Below, in pieces: positions 50,586 to 64,000 of a stretch of DNA of 64,000 bases. The stretch comes from Tricharina praecox (taxonomy: Eukaryota). Under the pieces are notes generated by a model, which was not told the DNA's origin, searched no databases, and was given only the letters and a program-made list of their open reading frames with translations. Made by a program: the position numbers and the translations under genes. How positions within the stretch are numbered: position 1 is the stretch's first letter; each line of letters starts with the position of its first letter. The stretch is from assembly GCF_024521635.1 (NCBI RefSeq), contig NW_026250419.1, positions 310,001 to 374,000 on the forward strand, given 5' to 3'.

Positions 50586-51325
50586 GGGGTCATGGTGGTG
50601 TATATGGACAAGGTTATAGGAAGACTCAAATTGAGTGGGTTTATAGTAGGTAGGTTAAACATGCCCGGGGTTCAGAACTTCAGAAGTTACCGCCTCCAGA
50701 TCTATCTTTGTCGATGCGTCATGGTTCATCGCCAGTGCCCACTGCCCACTGCCCACTGCCTGTCGTTCAAACCTCCGTCCTGAGACCTGTTGTCCCGAGT
50801 CCACGATCGCACTCAGCCCACTCAGCCCCGTCGTCAGCAAGCACGGATACCCGCCCCCTCCTACATACCCACCCCATGCCATAACCCACCCCATGCCATA
50901 ACCCACGGCCCTTGGTTCGTGTTCAAGTAGCGGCGCCGTACACCCGTCGGTGCCGCTTCCGCCCGCTTCCGCGCTGGCGCCCGGTGCGCGCCTTGTGCCT
51001 GGACAGTGATCCATGAACCTTATAGTAGTTAAACGCGTGCGTCAACCTCTTCATCCCGGCGCAACGTCCGTGCCACAAAGGAAGAGTGGCGTGTCGGCGG
51101 TGGTGGATGAGCAACGGTGACGGGCGGGGTGGGATGGGCTACATATGTAATGGCTGCCGGCACTTTTTTTTCTTTCGTCGTCATGGGATGGTGCCAATAT
51201 TGTGCCCGTTACTGTGCCTCCAGCTCGGGCCTCAAAGAATGACTGCAATCGATGAGGCATGGAAGTCTGACGAACGTGTTTGCAGTGAGGACCAAATTGT
51301 GCTTGAAACAAAACATCACATTGAA

Positions 51326-51433
51326 GGCAGGATGGCCGAGTTGGTTATGGCGCCAGGTTAAGGTCACCTTAATACAATCGTTCCGATTCCTGGTTCGGGA
51401 AACTGAGCGTGGGTTCAAGTCCCACTCCTGTCA
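51326..51433 (+). tRNA. tRNA-Leu(AAG) with a 24-nt intron (51364-51387)
   Basis: Acceptor stem GGCAGGA/TCCTGTC+A, A box TGGCCGAGTTGG, anticodon stem CCAGG/CCTGG with loop TT-AAG-G, variable arm TTCGG-GAAA-CTGAG, T arm GTGGG-TTCAAGT-CCCAC, downstream T-run terminator; intron CCTTAA pairs with the anticodon loop. Confidence 0.95.
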
Positions 51434-51699
51434 CGACTTCTTTTTTTCTCGCTCTTTTTATTTCCCATCACTTGGAGAGGCTTCATCCTTGCATTGATTT
51501 GATTTAATTTAATTCAATTCCCCCAGCGTCATGATCTACGGCAGCAGCGACGACCATCTCCGCCAATCCAAACCCCATCCGACATCTCGACAGCAAAGCG
51601 TTGATCGACAAAAACATGATAAAGAATATATACACCAGATTGACCCCTATCGCAGCAGTAGCACTCAAGGAATCGTCAGCAGTTATGATATCGTTGCCT

Positions 51700-53177
51700 T
51701 CAAAGTTCATCGGACGTCGTTTTGGGGGCACCAAGGTAGCTGAGAGCTCCTTTCATAGTCATAATGCTCATAACCTCGTAGAGGACATCTGCGGCCGCCA
51801 TAGTGGTCAGCTCCGCGTTAGTATCGTACGCGGGCGCGACCTCGACGATATCGGCACCGATGAGGTTCACGTCCTTAAGGCCGCGGATGATAGTCCTGAG
51901 CTCTCTGGTGGACCAGCCGCCGGTCTCGGGTGTTCCGGTGGCGGGCGCAAACGCCGGGTCGAGAGTGTCGATGTCGATGGACATGTACACGGGATCCGTC
52001 GTGCCGACGCGGTCAACGATCTTCTTGATGATGCCGTTGATGCCGATCTCGTCGATGGCGCGCGCTTCGACGATCTCGAAGCCGACGTAGCCGTCGTTTT
52101 CGTAGTCGCTGGGCCCCGAGAGCGTCGTGCGGATCCCGGCGTGGATGTTGGTGTCGTTGCGGAGGAGTCCTTCCTTCGCCGCGTGGTAGAAGTATGTGCC
52201 GTGGTTGATGGCCGCGACCTTGGTGGGCGCTCCGCCGAAGACTTTCGGCTTCCACGTGTCCAGGTGCGAGTCGAAGTGGATTACGGTTACGGGACCGTAG
52301 ACGCGGTTGATGGAGCGCAGGATGGGCAGGACGATCGTGTGGTCACCACCGAGGGTAATCTGGGGAAATTCCGGTCAGAGTTGCTTCGCTGGGTGTGCAA
52401 GCCGGTGGGAGGAGATTTACCACTCTGGGAAGGGTCTTTCCCTTGAGACTGGGACCGGGCTTTGAAGCATCGCTAGCAGGCTCACGCGAGATGAGAGAAT
52501 GATGGCCTTCCTCGATCTGCTTGATTGCATACTCGTTGTCGTACCTATTCTCCATTAGCCCCCATCCATCCATCCATCACCCTTGCTTCAAGAGAGGGGA
52601 ACTAACGAAGTAACCGGAATATCACCGCAGTCCAAAACTCTCGCCCAGGAGTTGAACGGATTCACCTCGAGTGGGACGTTATATCCTCCGCTAAAACCGA
52701 CACGATGTGAGCCTTCCATACCACGCACCGGTATAAGCCAACATGTGTGTACAAGATGACCAACGTACTATAGATTGAGGCGGCGAGAACCTTGACGGAT
52801 GCCGGAGGGCCCGAAGCGGGCGCCGGGACGGTACGAAGTGCCGGTGTCGAACGGCGCGCCAAGGAAGGCGATGTCGAACTTCTCCGCGTCCGAAGCCAGG
52901 CAGGGGAAGTAGGGGAGGCGGCCGAAAGTGGAGATGCCCGAGAAGACGGAGTCGGCCTGGCGGAATGGGGCGTTAATGGCCGTTATATATCACGGAAACG
53001 GACTGCGGGAAAATTTACCTGAGTTCCACCATCACCGGGAATGTTATTGTACCAGAAATGCTCTTTGTGCGGGCCCTGTGCGGCTAGGAACACGGAGGGG
53101 TCGCCGGCGTGTTCGTGGCCGAAAGCTGGGCCGGCCACGACAGTGGCCAGTAGGAGGAGGGTGGCGACCGAAAGCAT
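51700..53177 (-). CDS. Agmatinase-like ureohydrolase (arginase family) with signal peptide, 5 exons
   Basis: [34 protein letters not shown] and [19 protein letters not shown] metal-binding motifs are intact. Confidence 0.92.
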
Positions 53178-55133
53178 TGCGTACGAGCGGCAGTCAATTG
53201 CAAAAGTACTCTGAAGAAGAAAGCCTTGAGTGCCGGCTATGCAATGGTGAATTGGAACTGTCGGTTGGGCTGCGCGGGGAAGGACCTTTTATCGTGGCCA
53301 GCTCATCATGATACGAGCTCACGGCAACACAACAAACTTGCTGGATGGACATGCAATTCGAAGGTACATGCTTCCTTCCCTGGCTCCTTCCCTGGATCCC
53401 CGCCTTGCTGTCTGCTGTTGTACATACTTGCTGCAAGATCAGCTCTGCACCGACATGATATTAGGTAAATTGTGGTGAAGCGCAGCCTTCGAGGAGGAGG
53501 AATGGGCGAGGAAGCGCCATCGAGTTAGGTAACAGCGCTGGGCAGCGACGCCATCGCGCCAGCCAGCCAACCATCAAGCGACCGGCCTCGTCCATATGGG
53601 GCTCGTACATGTGTAGAGTTCGACGGTGACGTTCGAAATCGATTGGCTCGTTCCCGTCCTGTTCCTCCAGCGGGCAGCGGCGGGCGTAGGCCAGCATCCC
53701 AAAGGTTTAGTCCAGCTATCTCCAGAGTTTACGTCTTGCTCCATCGCCTATCCGAAGTTCCCCACTGATCAGCCATGTGGACAGGGTCGAGTCCCGGGGG
53801 ATCCAACCGAACTATATATCTTAGTGCTGGCTTGTTTAAGCATTCGATGTGTGGTTGCGGCAGCGCCGCCAGATCGGTAGCCCAAAAACGTGGCCGCTTT
53901 TAGTGTCCTTCCGACATCAACCCCACAGCCGCCGCGCGCCGCCGTGATACCGGACTCCGGGGACACGAGTGGTGGCTCACTGCCCCCCCCGTTGTATCGG
54001 ACTAAATCGGGAGGGGGTGGGAGGGTGGGGCGTGTGTGGGGGGCAGGGGGACTCGGCCGGCGGTTATCTCACTACATATCGGAAAAGCAAATATCAGGTG
54101 GTACAGATGTCATCGACCGCTACTTCTAGACTCATGAGACATACATGCAGCCAATCTTTTCCTGCGAATTCCCCCGCGGATGCTGCAGAGTATGATGTGT
54201 GTAGGCAATGCGGGTACACCACAGCCAACTTCCAAGACTTCAAGTAAGTAAGTCGTACGTACTCTATGATGCGCACGATACATGTTATTCCTTTGTTATT
54301 CCTTCTTCCCTTCCTTCCTCCCTTGATTCCTTAAACCTTCTGCCGTCCCGTCCGCCTTTCCATGCTCCCGTAAATGCACTTACATAATTACCCGAATCGA
54401 TTCGAGTGTATTTTTCCTTTCTTTCCTTTTCCTTTCCCCGTGCCATCGCAACTGCCCGATGGATGGATGGGATGGGATGGGATGTCTTTACGTTTTGCGA
54501 ATCGTCAATCCCTCTTACTCTATTAATTTTCGCGGGCTATTGCAGGTGCACACTGCAAGGCGCAGGCCGGGAGCCTACCTACCTCCACATATAAATTATA
54601 GTATGTACTACACACAAGGTAAGTATCATAGAGTAGATGATATGCCCGTGGGGGTGCCTTGATCGGGAGCTTTTTTTCCTCCTGCATGTAGGCTGTAGAT
54701 AAGTTTTTTCAAAGCGGCGGGAACTTGATACCGCCGTTGGACGTTGGCCCCATGTCATGTCTGTGGGCCGTGGCTGTGACCGTGGGACGATGCTTGCTTT
54801 GCTTGCTTGCGATTACCTTATAGCGACGGCAGCGCGGCGGCCGGTTTTCAATCGAAAGCTCCCTGGGTCGATAGGGATGGGTATGGGTATGTAGAAATCG
54901 TGCCATGGCTAAAAGCTCCCGATACTTCCTTTGACGGATAAGTGGAACTGTATGTGCTAGATCGTCATACGAAAGATGAGCTTCATGAGATGGATTGCTA
55001 TTTACTAAAGCTTTCCTTCCCGTACATACGTGAACGCAACCGCTATCTACTCTAGATCTAGACATCATGCATCACTACGTAAACTAACTGATAAGCGATA
55101 ACCCTATCTACGGTGAATTTCCATGCCATACCA

Positions 55134-56896
55134 CTACTCCTCCTCAGCCTGCTGAAACAGCCCACCGCTCTCAATCTGCTCCCCTTCGTCCATCCTCTCG
55201 AATGCCTTCTTGACCTGTAGATTCCAATCGCTGAACGCTACTAGCGCCCATTCCATAGCGCCCACTAGATACAGTGCGATGCACTGGCCGACCCACAAGC
55301 CCTCGAGTCCCCACCCGTTGAATGCGAGGTGTATTCCCAGCGGCAGGGCGCCAAAGTAGTAGCTGACGATGTTGACGATGGCGCCGGTGTGCTGTCTGCC
55401 CATGCCTCGTAGCGATCCACCGCATGAACCTACACAGTTACGATTCAACCTCGTCAATTCCATGTGTACATCTCCAAAACTAGGACTGAGAAAACAAACC
55501 ATTGAGCCCATCGGCAATCTGGAACAGTGCGACGAACGGCATGACCTCGGCGGTGAGGCGCACGACCTCCATGTCGTCGTTAAAGATGAGCGCGAACGAG
55601 TCCTTGACGCTCATCATGGCGGCCAGAACCACAGCACCGACGATGATGCTGAGCCACGCAGCCGTATTCGCAGCTCTCGCGGCCCCGCGCGCGTCTCGTG
55701 CTCCAAGGAGATTTCCGACCCGCGTGGAGGCGGCTACTCCGATGCCGAACGGGATCGTGTTCAGCACTTGGTCGGTTGTCATGATCACGCTCTGGGCGGC
55801 CAAGGGAACGGTTCCCAGGCGGCCGGCGGCGAGAGCAACGATTTCAAAGGCCCACTGGAGGGGGAGGGGAAAGGGCGGAAGTTTAGTCTGTTGCTGGTGC
55901 GAATGAAACTAACGGGGGAGGGGGGATGTGACATACCCATTCCGTACCCACCATGATCACGCCTAAGCCGGCCAGTCTGGCGAATGTCCCAAGATTGCTC
56001 AAGCAGCTTCTGTCCCATCCGCCCCAACTTTCCCATCCGCGTACGAACCGTGCATATCCGACGAGACAGCCGAATGAAATCCAATAAGTCAGTCCGGTGG
56101 CCAAAGGGGCGCCCACGAGCCCCATGTTGAAGGTGTACACAAAGAGGTAGTTGAGCAGAGCCGAGAGCGGAGACGTAAAGAGGAGGACATAGGTTCCAGC
56201 CCTCATGATCCCCTGGGCTTGCAGGAACTTCTTGGTGGCCTCGAAGAAAATGTAGCCCAGTCCACCGGGGATGAGACATCTCAGGAACAAAGCGCTGTCC
56301 CGGGAGATCCCCGGTTCCTGCCCGAGCTTCAAGAACAAGCCCTCCGAGAACCACCACAGGAAGCAGACAGGCACGTACATGGCGCCGAGCACGACGAACG
56401 ACCGCTGCAGCAGGATCCCCAGTTCGTGGGGATTCTTTGAGCCGGTGAACGACGAGGAGCAGAGAGTGTCCAGCGCCGTCGACCCACCCAGAGCTATCAG
56501 CCAAGCCGTGCACATGGCGAACATGTACGAGAACGCAGCCGCAGCCAGGTGCTCGGGACTCAACCTCCCCACCACGAGGACCGAGATGGTCTGCAACGAG
56601 TTTTGCAGCGTGTACGCCAGTATGACCGGCACGCTCATCTTGGTGAGAAGAATGAATTCCCGTACGACCAGCTTCATCCATGTCTCGTCCCCCGGATCTT
56701 CGATCGGAAAACACTCGCCGTCCTGCCGTGATACTATCGAGTTGGACGAATCCGTAGTGGGTTTCGGCAATAGTGAGGTGCGCTCGTTCGCTACGCTTTC
56801 GTCTCTGGTCCTTCGTATCCGTAGGAACCGGGGAACCCATGAACCGAGTGGCGATGCCGCCACGGGTGCCATCTCTTCCGCGGTGCTATCCGTCAT
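55134..56896 (-). CDS. MATE family multidrug transporter, 3 exons
   Basis: ALDTLCSSSFTG, LQRS, KKFLQAQG, MVGTEW/WAFEIV, RVGNLLGA, FQIADGLN, GSLRGMGRQ. Confidence 0.92.
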
Positions 56897-58784
56897 AGCT
56901 AACGGGGGGACGAGTTTTTGTTGTTACTGGTGGTGGTGCTATTGTTGTTGGTGTTGTGATTGCTCTTTCCCTCCAATGGCAAGGGACGTCTTGTCCTGTT
57001 GAGGTATGCGTGTATGTACTGGATGTTTCAATCCGGGATCCGTGAATAAGGGTATTTGAAAGGGTCTCAAGGGGAGGCGAGCATACAAGATGGATAGGGA
57101 GGGTGTGAAGAAAAAACAAAGCATTGCAGGGCAGTACCACCCGTAAGCAGAGGAGATCGGGTCCCGGAGTCCGGCCTCAGTGCAGGTAGAGTACCGTAGG
57201 TGGTACCTATGGAAGTCAGTACTACTTACCAAGGTACCCTAGCTCTTGATTTTTCAGACACTAGCACAAGATGTTACCCAATTGCTATACTCATGATGCC
57301 TGCCCTATTAGGTCATTCACGGAAGAGAGGTCCATCAGTCGATCACAGAAACAAGCCCGACAGCTCATACTGCATGCAGATAGGGCGCAAATCTGTCTCG
57401 CACAGTGCGTGAGCTCGGTAGGTGTTTAGGTGTGTAGGCATTTGGGTATACAGTCGCCTTGCCGCCGAGTGAGACAACCGCCACAACCACTAAGAACGCG
57501 TCGAATGACAAAAATCGTCATTCGTTCGTATGATAGGTGCATGCCATGAACATGCGTTGAGCACCGCACATGCGAGCAGCGGCAGCCTGTGGTATGTCGT
57601 AGATCAATTGTCGTTTCTAGTGGGCCCGGTCTCTACGGACTGGGCCCTACCCGATAAACCCTCGGATCGGATGCACCCTTATCGCCCCACCGGGCCACCC
57701 CCTCCCCGCACAAGAAACTTACCGGTCTCGGCACTTTACGTAACTTGAGAAGCGGTTGACTGGAACACCGTGACCTTCTGAGTTCCAGCGGCACTGTGGT
57801 ACCTACAGGCTACGACGGGACCATTTTGCCGTGGCGAGGAAAGCTTGGAGAGTGTGGCGCCTAATGCGGTTATCGCGCCAAGGCCTTGGTACATCCGAAT
57901 AAGTTTGCTTTTCCAAAAACACCCCTGACAGTGCCGGCCTTGCGTCCATATCCAAGAAAAAATTGAGTTCAAGGCTCAACGAGGTGTTGCTCGCAGGGCC
58001 ATGCACTGCCGTCCGTAACGGGGGGATTTCATTAATAATGAATCCAGTCAGACTCCAGAGTGGACACTGGACAGACAACTCTTTTTCTTCCAGCAGACTG
58101 CCGCTCCAACTTCCAAGCCCCCACAGCCGCCCCCACAGCCGCCCCCACACATTCTGGGGAACCCAGCAGTGCTGCTTTAACGATGTGGTTCGTTTCGTGG
58201 AAATGCAGCCTGCAGGTTTTCCATCAAGAAGGCGCTGCAGCAGAGATATGGGCTCGCTTCCTAGGCCTCTTTGAGCCGGTGCTCGTCTCGATCTGGTGGC
58301 CCACACGGTATGTCGTAGGTAGTAATCTGGATCGGTCATCTTGTTCATCTCATTCGTCCCGTTCGTATGGTACGTCTCGTTCATCCCGTCCATCTCGTTC
58401 CAGCTTTCCGGACGGCTAGTGAATGACTTGGAACGGAGGGGAAGCCTCCTCCTCCTCCTTCTCGACCGGACGAACCCACAGAGAGACCGTTAGGAACGGG
58501 TTGGTGTGTGTGTGATTGGGTGAGGGGGCAGTAACAGCCGCCGTCCGAATAGGCCGCGCGGTGAGTCTCTTGAGTCTCGATGGTTCATTTGCCGCGCCCA
58601 TCCAAGTGAAAAACAGCCAAGGCAAGGCATTCCACCACCACGGTCGACTGGTGCCGTCGAGCTGCTTGTGTCTGCACTCCTTTCTTTTCGATGAAGACGA
58701 CTTTGGCCCGGCAGTTGCGTGCCACTGTGATAGATGTTGGTGATATGTACAGTAAGACTTTTGCCCTTGCCAAGTGATGATTAG

Positions 58785-58894
58785 TTTTTTCTCTTCCACA
58801 ATGTCTCCTGGTTTCGGTGGTCGTGGGATGCCCATTGTCGGTTTTTTTCTTTCACGATGTCCCCCGGTGTCGGTGGTCGTGGGATATCCATTGT
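58785..58894. repeat. Diverged tandem duplication of a ~56-nt unit
   Basis: ATGTCTCCTGGTTTCGGTGGTCGTGGGATGCCCATTGT versus ATGTCCCCCGGTGTCGGTGGTCGTGGGATATCCATTGT. Confidence 0.8.
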
Positions 58895-59521
58895 ACAATC
58901 CGGGGCACGCACCTACTACATACCAGCTAGTTTCCTATGGTGCTCTACCCGCAGAGCGTCTAAACTGACTTGGTTATATCGCGCAAACACGATCAGCTCA
59001 GGGGGCGGAATGGCCATTAAGCGACAGTGCATAGTATGTATCATACACACTGATCTTGCCGTAGCAAAAACACCGTTCATTCTTTTCATATCCCCATGTA
59101 CTTACAGACCACACTAAGCGTCTACTGGCCTATATATGCATACGTCCTGATACCCATTCGGCTTCCTCAACCAATCAGGGCACTACAGCTAGAGAATCCT
59201 AGCACTTCTTGAACGCCGACAACACTCCTCCGCCCCCCCACGGAAACCCTGTATCAAGCCGCCGTCGCCGCCGCCGCTGCATCGCCCGTTCCATTCCCGA
59301 CGCCCACAGATCGTGGGATAGGTAATCGTTACATGCAGACTGTCCTGAAACTTGTATTCGACCGTACCTGACACTCGGAACATTCGGCTCTGCCTTTCTT
59401 TCTCGTGGGTCCACATGGAAACGTGGAGAGCACAAGGCGATAGCAATACTGCTTGGTATGTAGTATAGTAGTATATGCCGTCCGTTGTCTTATCTCCGCC
59501 CCTCCCCTTCCTCCTGCTCCT

Positions 59522-59553
<32 letters not shown>

Positions 59554-59767
59554 ATGTATATCACTGGTTCTTCTGGACCATCAGCGATATTGCCCCATCT
59601 CTTCGGCCTTTTAATCGCTCTGCCGAATCGCATACATACAACTCCAGTGTGCGGACAGTAATCGTATCGTCCTCAATCTCCTTACTAGAACCTCTCTGTG
59701 CCTCCCTTTCTCCCCCTTCTCGTCTAAACAACCGCCGCCTCCTCCGTCTCGCGGATCCGAGTCCAAT

Positions 59768-61538
59768 ATGGTTGAACCCACCGACGAGAAAGATACCGAT
59801 CCCACAACCCCCATCAAAGCCGACAATGTACACACCGGAGTTGCCCCATCCTACGAGCAGGACCAAGGCTATGTGCAAGAATACGCAGCACCCAAGGCCG
59901 GGATCGAACTTCGTCCCAGACCGACCTCGGACAGATTCGATCCGTTGAATTTTTCGCGATCGCAGAAGCTCATCTGCCTTGCCGTAGTCATGTACTTTTA
60001 CTTCTGGTTCACGGCGATAACCACCATCACCGTGCCGTCTTTCTTGCAGCTTCAGGAGCAGTACGGCATCTCCTACGCCCAGGTGAACTGGACCGTCGCT
60101 ATTCCGGCGCTCGGGCTCACGGTTGGCCCGTTGATCTGGTCGTCGCTCGCCGATATCTTTGGAAGAAGGCTCATCTTCATTGTTGGCACGGTGATCGCTT
60201 TCTTCTCGACCATCGGGGCTGCCCTCGCTCCAGATTACAGCTCATACATGGCCGCACGGTAATAGATTCTCCCCGCCCCCCGGTATCTTTCTATCCGAGT
60301 GCTGTAGCTGAAACGCAATGCAAATAGATTCTTCCAAGGGTTGGGCGTGAGCCCTGCGTCAACAGTCGGACTAGCTATCATCAACGATTTATTCTTTGAG
60401 CATGAGAGAGGCCAAAAGGTTGGACTGTGGGTGTTGGCCCTGGATATGGGACTGTTGGTCGGACCCCTCAGTAAGTCGGTCTCAAATCAGCAAGTCATCC
60501 GAACCGGAAATACTGACCGAAAGCACAGTCGGCGGTTTCATAACACTGGTCAACCAGTTTTGGGTCCAGTGGCTCACGGCCATCATCTTCGGCGTCCTGT
60601 TGGTCGCCGAAGTGTTCTTCTTGCCCGAGACGCTGTATCCGCGCAGCCTGATGCTCTCCCGGCTGCCTACCACTACCGATGGATCGGAGAAGGCACCGGA
60701 CCCCCAGCACGACGATTATCCCGCTCGCACTAGAGCTCTACCGTTCATCAACTTGAAGCCTGTTCCTGGTATGTACATGAGTCGCAACGTCAATGTTCCC
60801 AGGAACTCGACTAATGTCCACACAGGAGTTGGCGCCCAGAAGCCCTATGATGCTTTGTTCTATTTTTTCAAGACTTGGTCCTACCCGAACGTTGTTATTT
60901 CTGTCTTTTTTTATTCGTTTGCGTTTTACTGGTGGATCCTCTCGGTCGTGACTTATCTCCCAGTCGCCTATATCCAATACCAGCCGCAGATCCAAGGACT
61001 TCTCTTCCTCGGCCTCATCCTCGGAACACTATTCTCAGAAGTCCTATGCTCGGGCACGCTGAGCGACTTCATCGTCACCAAGCTAGCCAAGAAGAACAAC
61101 GACGTCCGCGTAGCCGAGATGCGTCTGTGGCTGATGTACCCGTCGATCCTGCTCGCGACCATCGGCCTGATCGCGTGGGGGATCTCGGTGGACAAAGGCT
61201 ACCACTGGTTCGTCGGGCAGGTCGCGTTGTTCCTCGTCGGTGCCGGGATTCAGATGGGCAACACTGCGGTCTCAACATACGTCGTCGACTGCTATCCGCA
61301 CCACGCAATGAGCATGATCACATTCTATGCGGTCCTCCTGAACGGCTCCGCCTTCGTCAACCCGTTCTTTATCGCCCCCTGGTGCGATACCGTCGGCTTC
61401 TCCTGGACGTTTGCTGTCCAGGGTCTCATCACGCTCCTCGTGATGGTGCCGGTGACAATGCTCTTGCAGGTCTTCGGGGAGAGGATGAGGACGTGGAGAG
61501 GGCCACCGAGCTGGGTGTCGCCTGAGTACTCCATCTGA
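59768..61538 (+). CDS. Major facilitator superfamily transporter (DHA1-like), 4 exons
   Basis: DPLNFSRSQK, SLADIFGRR, DLFFEHERG, LPETLY, AEMRL and YVVDCYP motifs; many TM helices. Confidence 0.9.
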
Positions 61539-63428
61539 GACTCTGAGAGGCTGTCAATTCAGTCCCGGTCATATTGGCGCTTCATTATTATTATTTTTGG
61601 TTTTGGTTTTCTTTTTGGCAAGCTTTTCCATTTAGCTTTTCATGTTGTAATTTATTTTTCCCGGTCTGGCATTGTGTTTTTGTTTTTGTTTTTGTTTTTG
61701 TTTTTTGGAAATTTTCTTTTTGTTTTTGTGTGGGGGTAGTGGGTGCGGGATGTCGTCGCCGTCCAACAGCATTTTGTGTGTGTCCTGTCCTCTGTCTCAG
61801 TCAGTTAGTTTTGGTCGATCAGCTCTCGTGGGATTTTTCAAGCGAAAGAGGGCAGGAAGAGGGGAGGAGCCTTAAACCTTTTTCAGGGATCGGATCCTAT
61901 TTGTACTTCAGGAGCTCAGGAAGAGGGAAGAGGGAGACGAGAATATTAGCCTCTTGTACGTAACAAATATTGTTAGGTTTGGGTATAAATCGGGACGGAT
62001 TTATAATAGCCGTTGTTAATTTTGGTTGCCTACAAATGTATGTGGTCCAAGGGAATACGGGAATACGAGGCCGTGAGGACCCGGTGCGGTAGTCAGACAT
62101 CGCGGTGCCACTGAAGAGGCGCCTACCTATCGGGTTTGTCCTTCTAGGTATGCCAACTTCCAGCCGTCAACTCCGAGACCCAGTCGATGCGATGCCAGAT
62201 GGACGTTCGTCATCTGAATCATCAGATGCAACGACAGGGATGGGCTGAACTGCGTTAATACGATTAATTCGGTACGGTACCCTGTGTATGATAACCATCA
62301 GTTACGTCGAACGAGTCCATAGCAATTATCGACATATCTCTCCCGAGCACTCGTGTAGGACAGCGATGGCTATGGATTGGAACGCAACATGAGGTGCCTT
62401 ACAGCTGCAATGGCAATGGTTGCAGCAACATCGATAGTTATCCGCGCCGCGCTTGGAATAGTCCGTTTCGTATGGAGTATATGGAGTGTCAATATCATAC
62501 CTATCTCGAAAACGCAATGCTCACCACTGGCTAATACCATTTTCTAAACGATTAACGACCAACAACGAACAACCACCTAGCACTCCTACCAGCCTTACTT
62601 TGTGTGAGGATGCAGGTAATTGGACAGTCGGATATACACGAGAACTTCGGCTCTGCTTGAGATGTGCTGCATACCGAACTCCAATTCCATAGGGAAAGAC
62701 CGTCAAAGCCGTGCCCGTTGACATTTGCTAGTTGCATTGCCGCTTCGAACTGCGACTCTGCGAGACATCGTCGGGTTTGGGGCGGCAGCAATGCACTTTC
62801 GTCATCCGGATTGCAAGCATCATCTGCATGAGGTGCAGTTAGCGACTGGGGTACTCCACTGCCGGGCTCCGAATATTTCCCCGGTACATACCGTACCTGC
62901 TTACATAGGGACGACGGACGTACCGCATGTCCAATTGAAGACCCTTCGTTCCAGCTTCCAGGCTTCCCGTTCCTTTCTAGCGACGTTCCTGACCGATCTG
63001 TTGGCCCTGCATCCAGCCGCCGCTCCGGCTCCGGCCATCCCATCCCATCACTGTTTGCTGCCATCGCCATCTCACGGGCATGACACTTGCAGGGATTTGC
63101 CCGGCCCGAACATCTGAGCTGTCTTGCGCACAAGCCCCAAGACCCAAGATCAAAACAAAGATGACGACAACAATATCATCGGTGGCTGGGGATCGGGCTT
63201 GGGAGCGCTTCCGATATTGGTACCCACTGAACTGACAGCCTCCTCCTCATCCTCATCTTCCTCCTCCTCCTTCACTTGTTCTCCTCTGCTTTTTCATTTG
63301 ACTCCATCCCCCATTCCTCTCCCTCCTCTCCCGAATCAAGCAACCCAGCTTCCTGTTTACGATCGTGTTTTCATTGCCGTTTCTATTTCCAGTCCAATAC
63401 CGTACTCGTTGATCCATATCGAATAAAC

Positions 63429-64000
63429 ATGCAGCTCCCCGCCTTCCTCCCCATCCTCCTCCTCTCCGCCCTCGTTGGTGTCCAAGCCTCACCACTGGCC
63501 GTTTTGCCCTACACCACCACAAGCCCGAGCTCCACGCCCAGCGTAGGGCCGCCCACACGGACACGGCCGACCTCCTTCGCCGGCCCCTCGGCCACGCCCC
63601 TCCGCGTACCCGCAGGCCTAAAACTCCGAGCCGCAGCCGCGGCCGCGGCGCCAGACCCGCAAGAAACGTGCGAAAACTCGGGCACCGGCAACACGGGATG
63701 CAACAACAGCGGCATCAACAACACGGGGACCAACAACTCCGGGATCAACAACTGCGGCACTGGGCAGTCGGGGATCGGCGAGGGGTGTGATGACGACGAC
63801 GATAGCACCGTCACTTTCGTCGGTGTTACCACCACTGTCAACGGCGGGGCTGTGGTCATTGCCGCTGCCGCGACGAATACAGACGCTACGGTTTATACCA
63901 CCATTCTGACTGGCGCTACAAGTACTGTCACCCTGATCGGTGATGGAAGGAACCGAAGGGTCGATTGTGCCTACTGGGAGGCTCAGGGGTACGTTTGCTC
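63429..64000 (+). CDS. Secreted S/T-rich protein with NxGxN pentapeptide repeats (truncated by the window end)
   Basis: ATG at 63429, signal peptide MQLPAFLPILLLSALVGVQA, frame open to the window end; absent from the ORF track because no stop codon is reached. Confidence 0.75.
   Translation, partial: MQLPAFLPILLLSALVGVQASPLAVLPYTTTSPSSTPSVGPPTRTRPTSFAGPSATPLRVPAGLKLRAAAAAAAPDPQETCENSGTGNTGCNNSGINNTGTNNSGINNCGTGQSGIGEGCDDDDDSTVTFVGVTTTVNGGAVVIAAAATNTDATVYTTILTGATSTVTLIGDGRNRRVDCAYWEAQGYVC

Noticed and set aside
59522..59550. 29-nt poly-C tract upstream of the MFS gene (G-quadruplex potential)
   Set aside because: Homopolymer of unreliable length with no other evidence of function

Overview
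Gene-dense, intron-containing DNA from a filamentous ascomycete (short GT-AG introns with CTRAC branch points; lineage inferred, not proven). It holds about 22 protein genes: LOA1/VPS66-like and tafazzin acyltransferases head-to-head, kinesin-14 KAR3, a NOSIP-like RING protein, NC2-alpha, a GT34 glycosyltransferase, UPF3, SIT4, a histidine acid phosphatase, RPL26, a C2H2 protein, a hybrid histidine kinase, APP1, an AA11 LPMO, an agmatinase, MATE and MFS transporters and several hypotheticals. There is also an intron-containing tRNA-Leu(AAG). No CRISPR, rRNA or recognisable intact transposon was seen. Highlights: (1) a ~300-nt minus-strand box C/D RNA at 8421-8724 with a ~240-nt inserted hairpin and an antisense element positioned to guide 2'-O-methylation of U2 snRNA G25 (scaRNA-like); (2) a hybrid histidine kinase whose phospho-accepting His is replaced by Arg while the receiver Asp is intact; (3) a low-complexity protein with an N-terminal eIF4E-binding-like motif; (4) a secreted protein with PPE-like NxGxN pentapeptide repeats. 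Exon boundaries were read by eye and may be off by a few bases.
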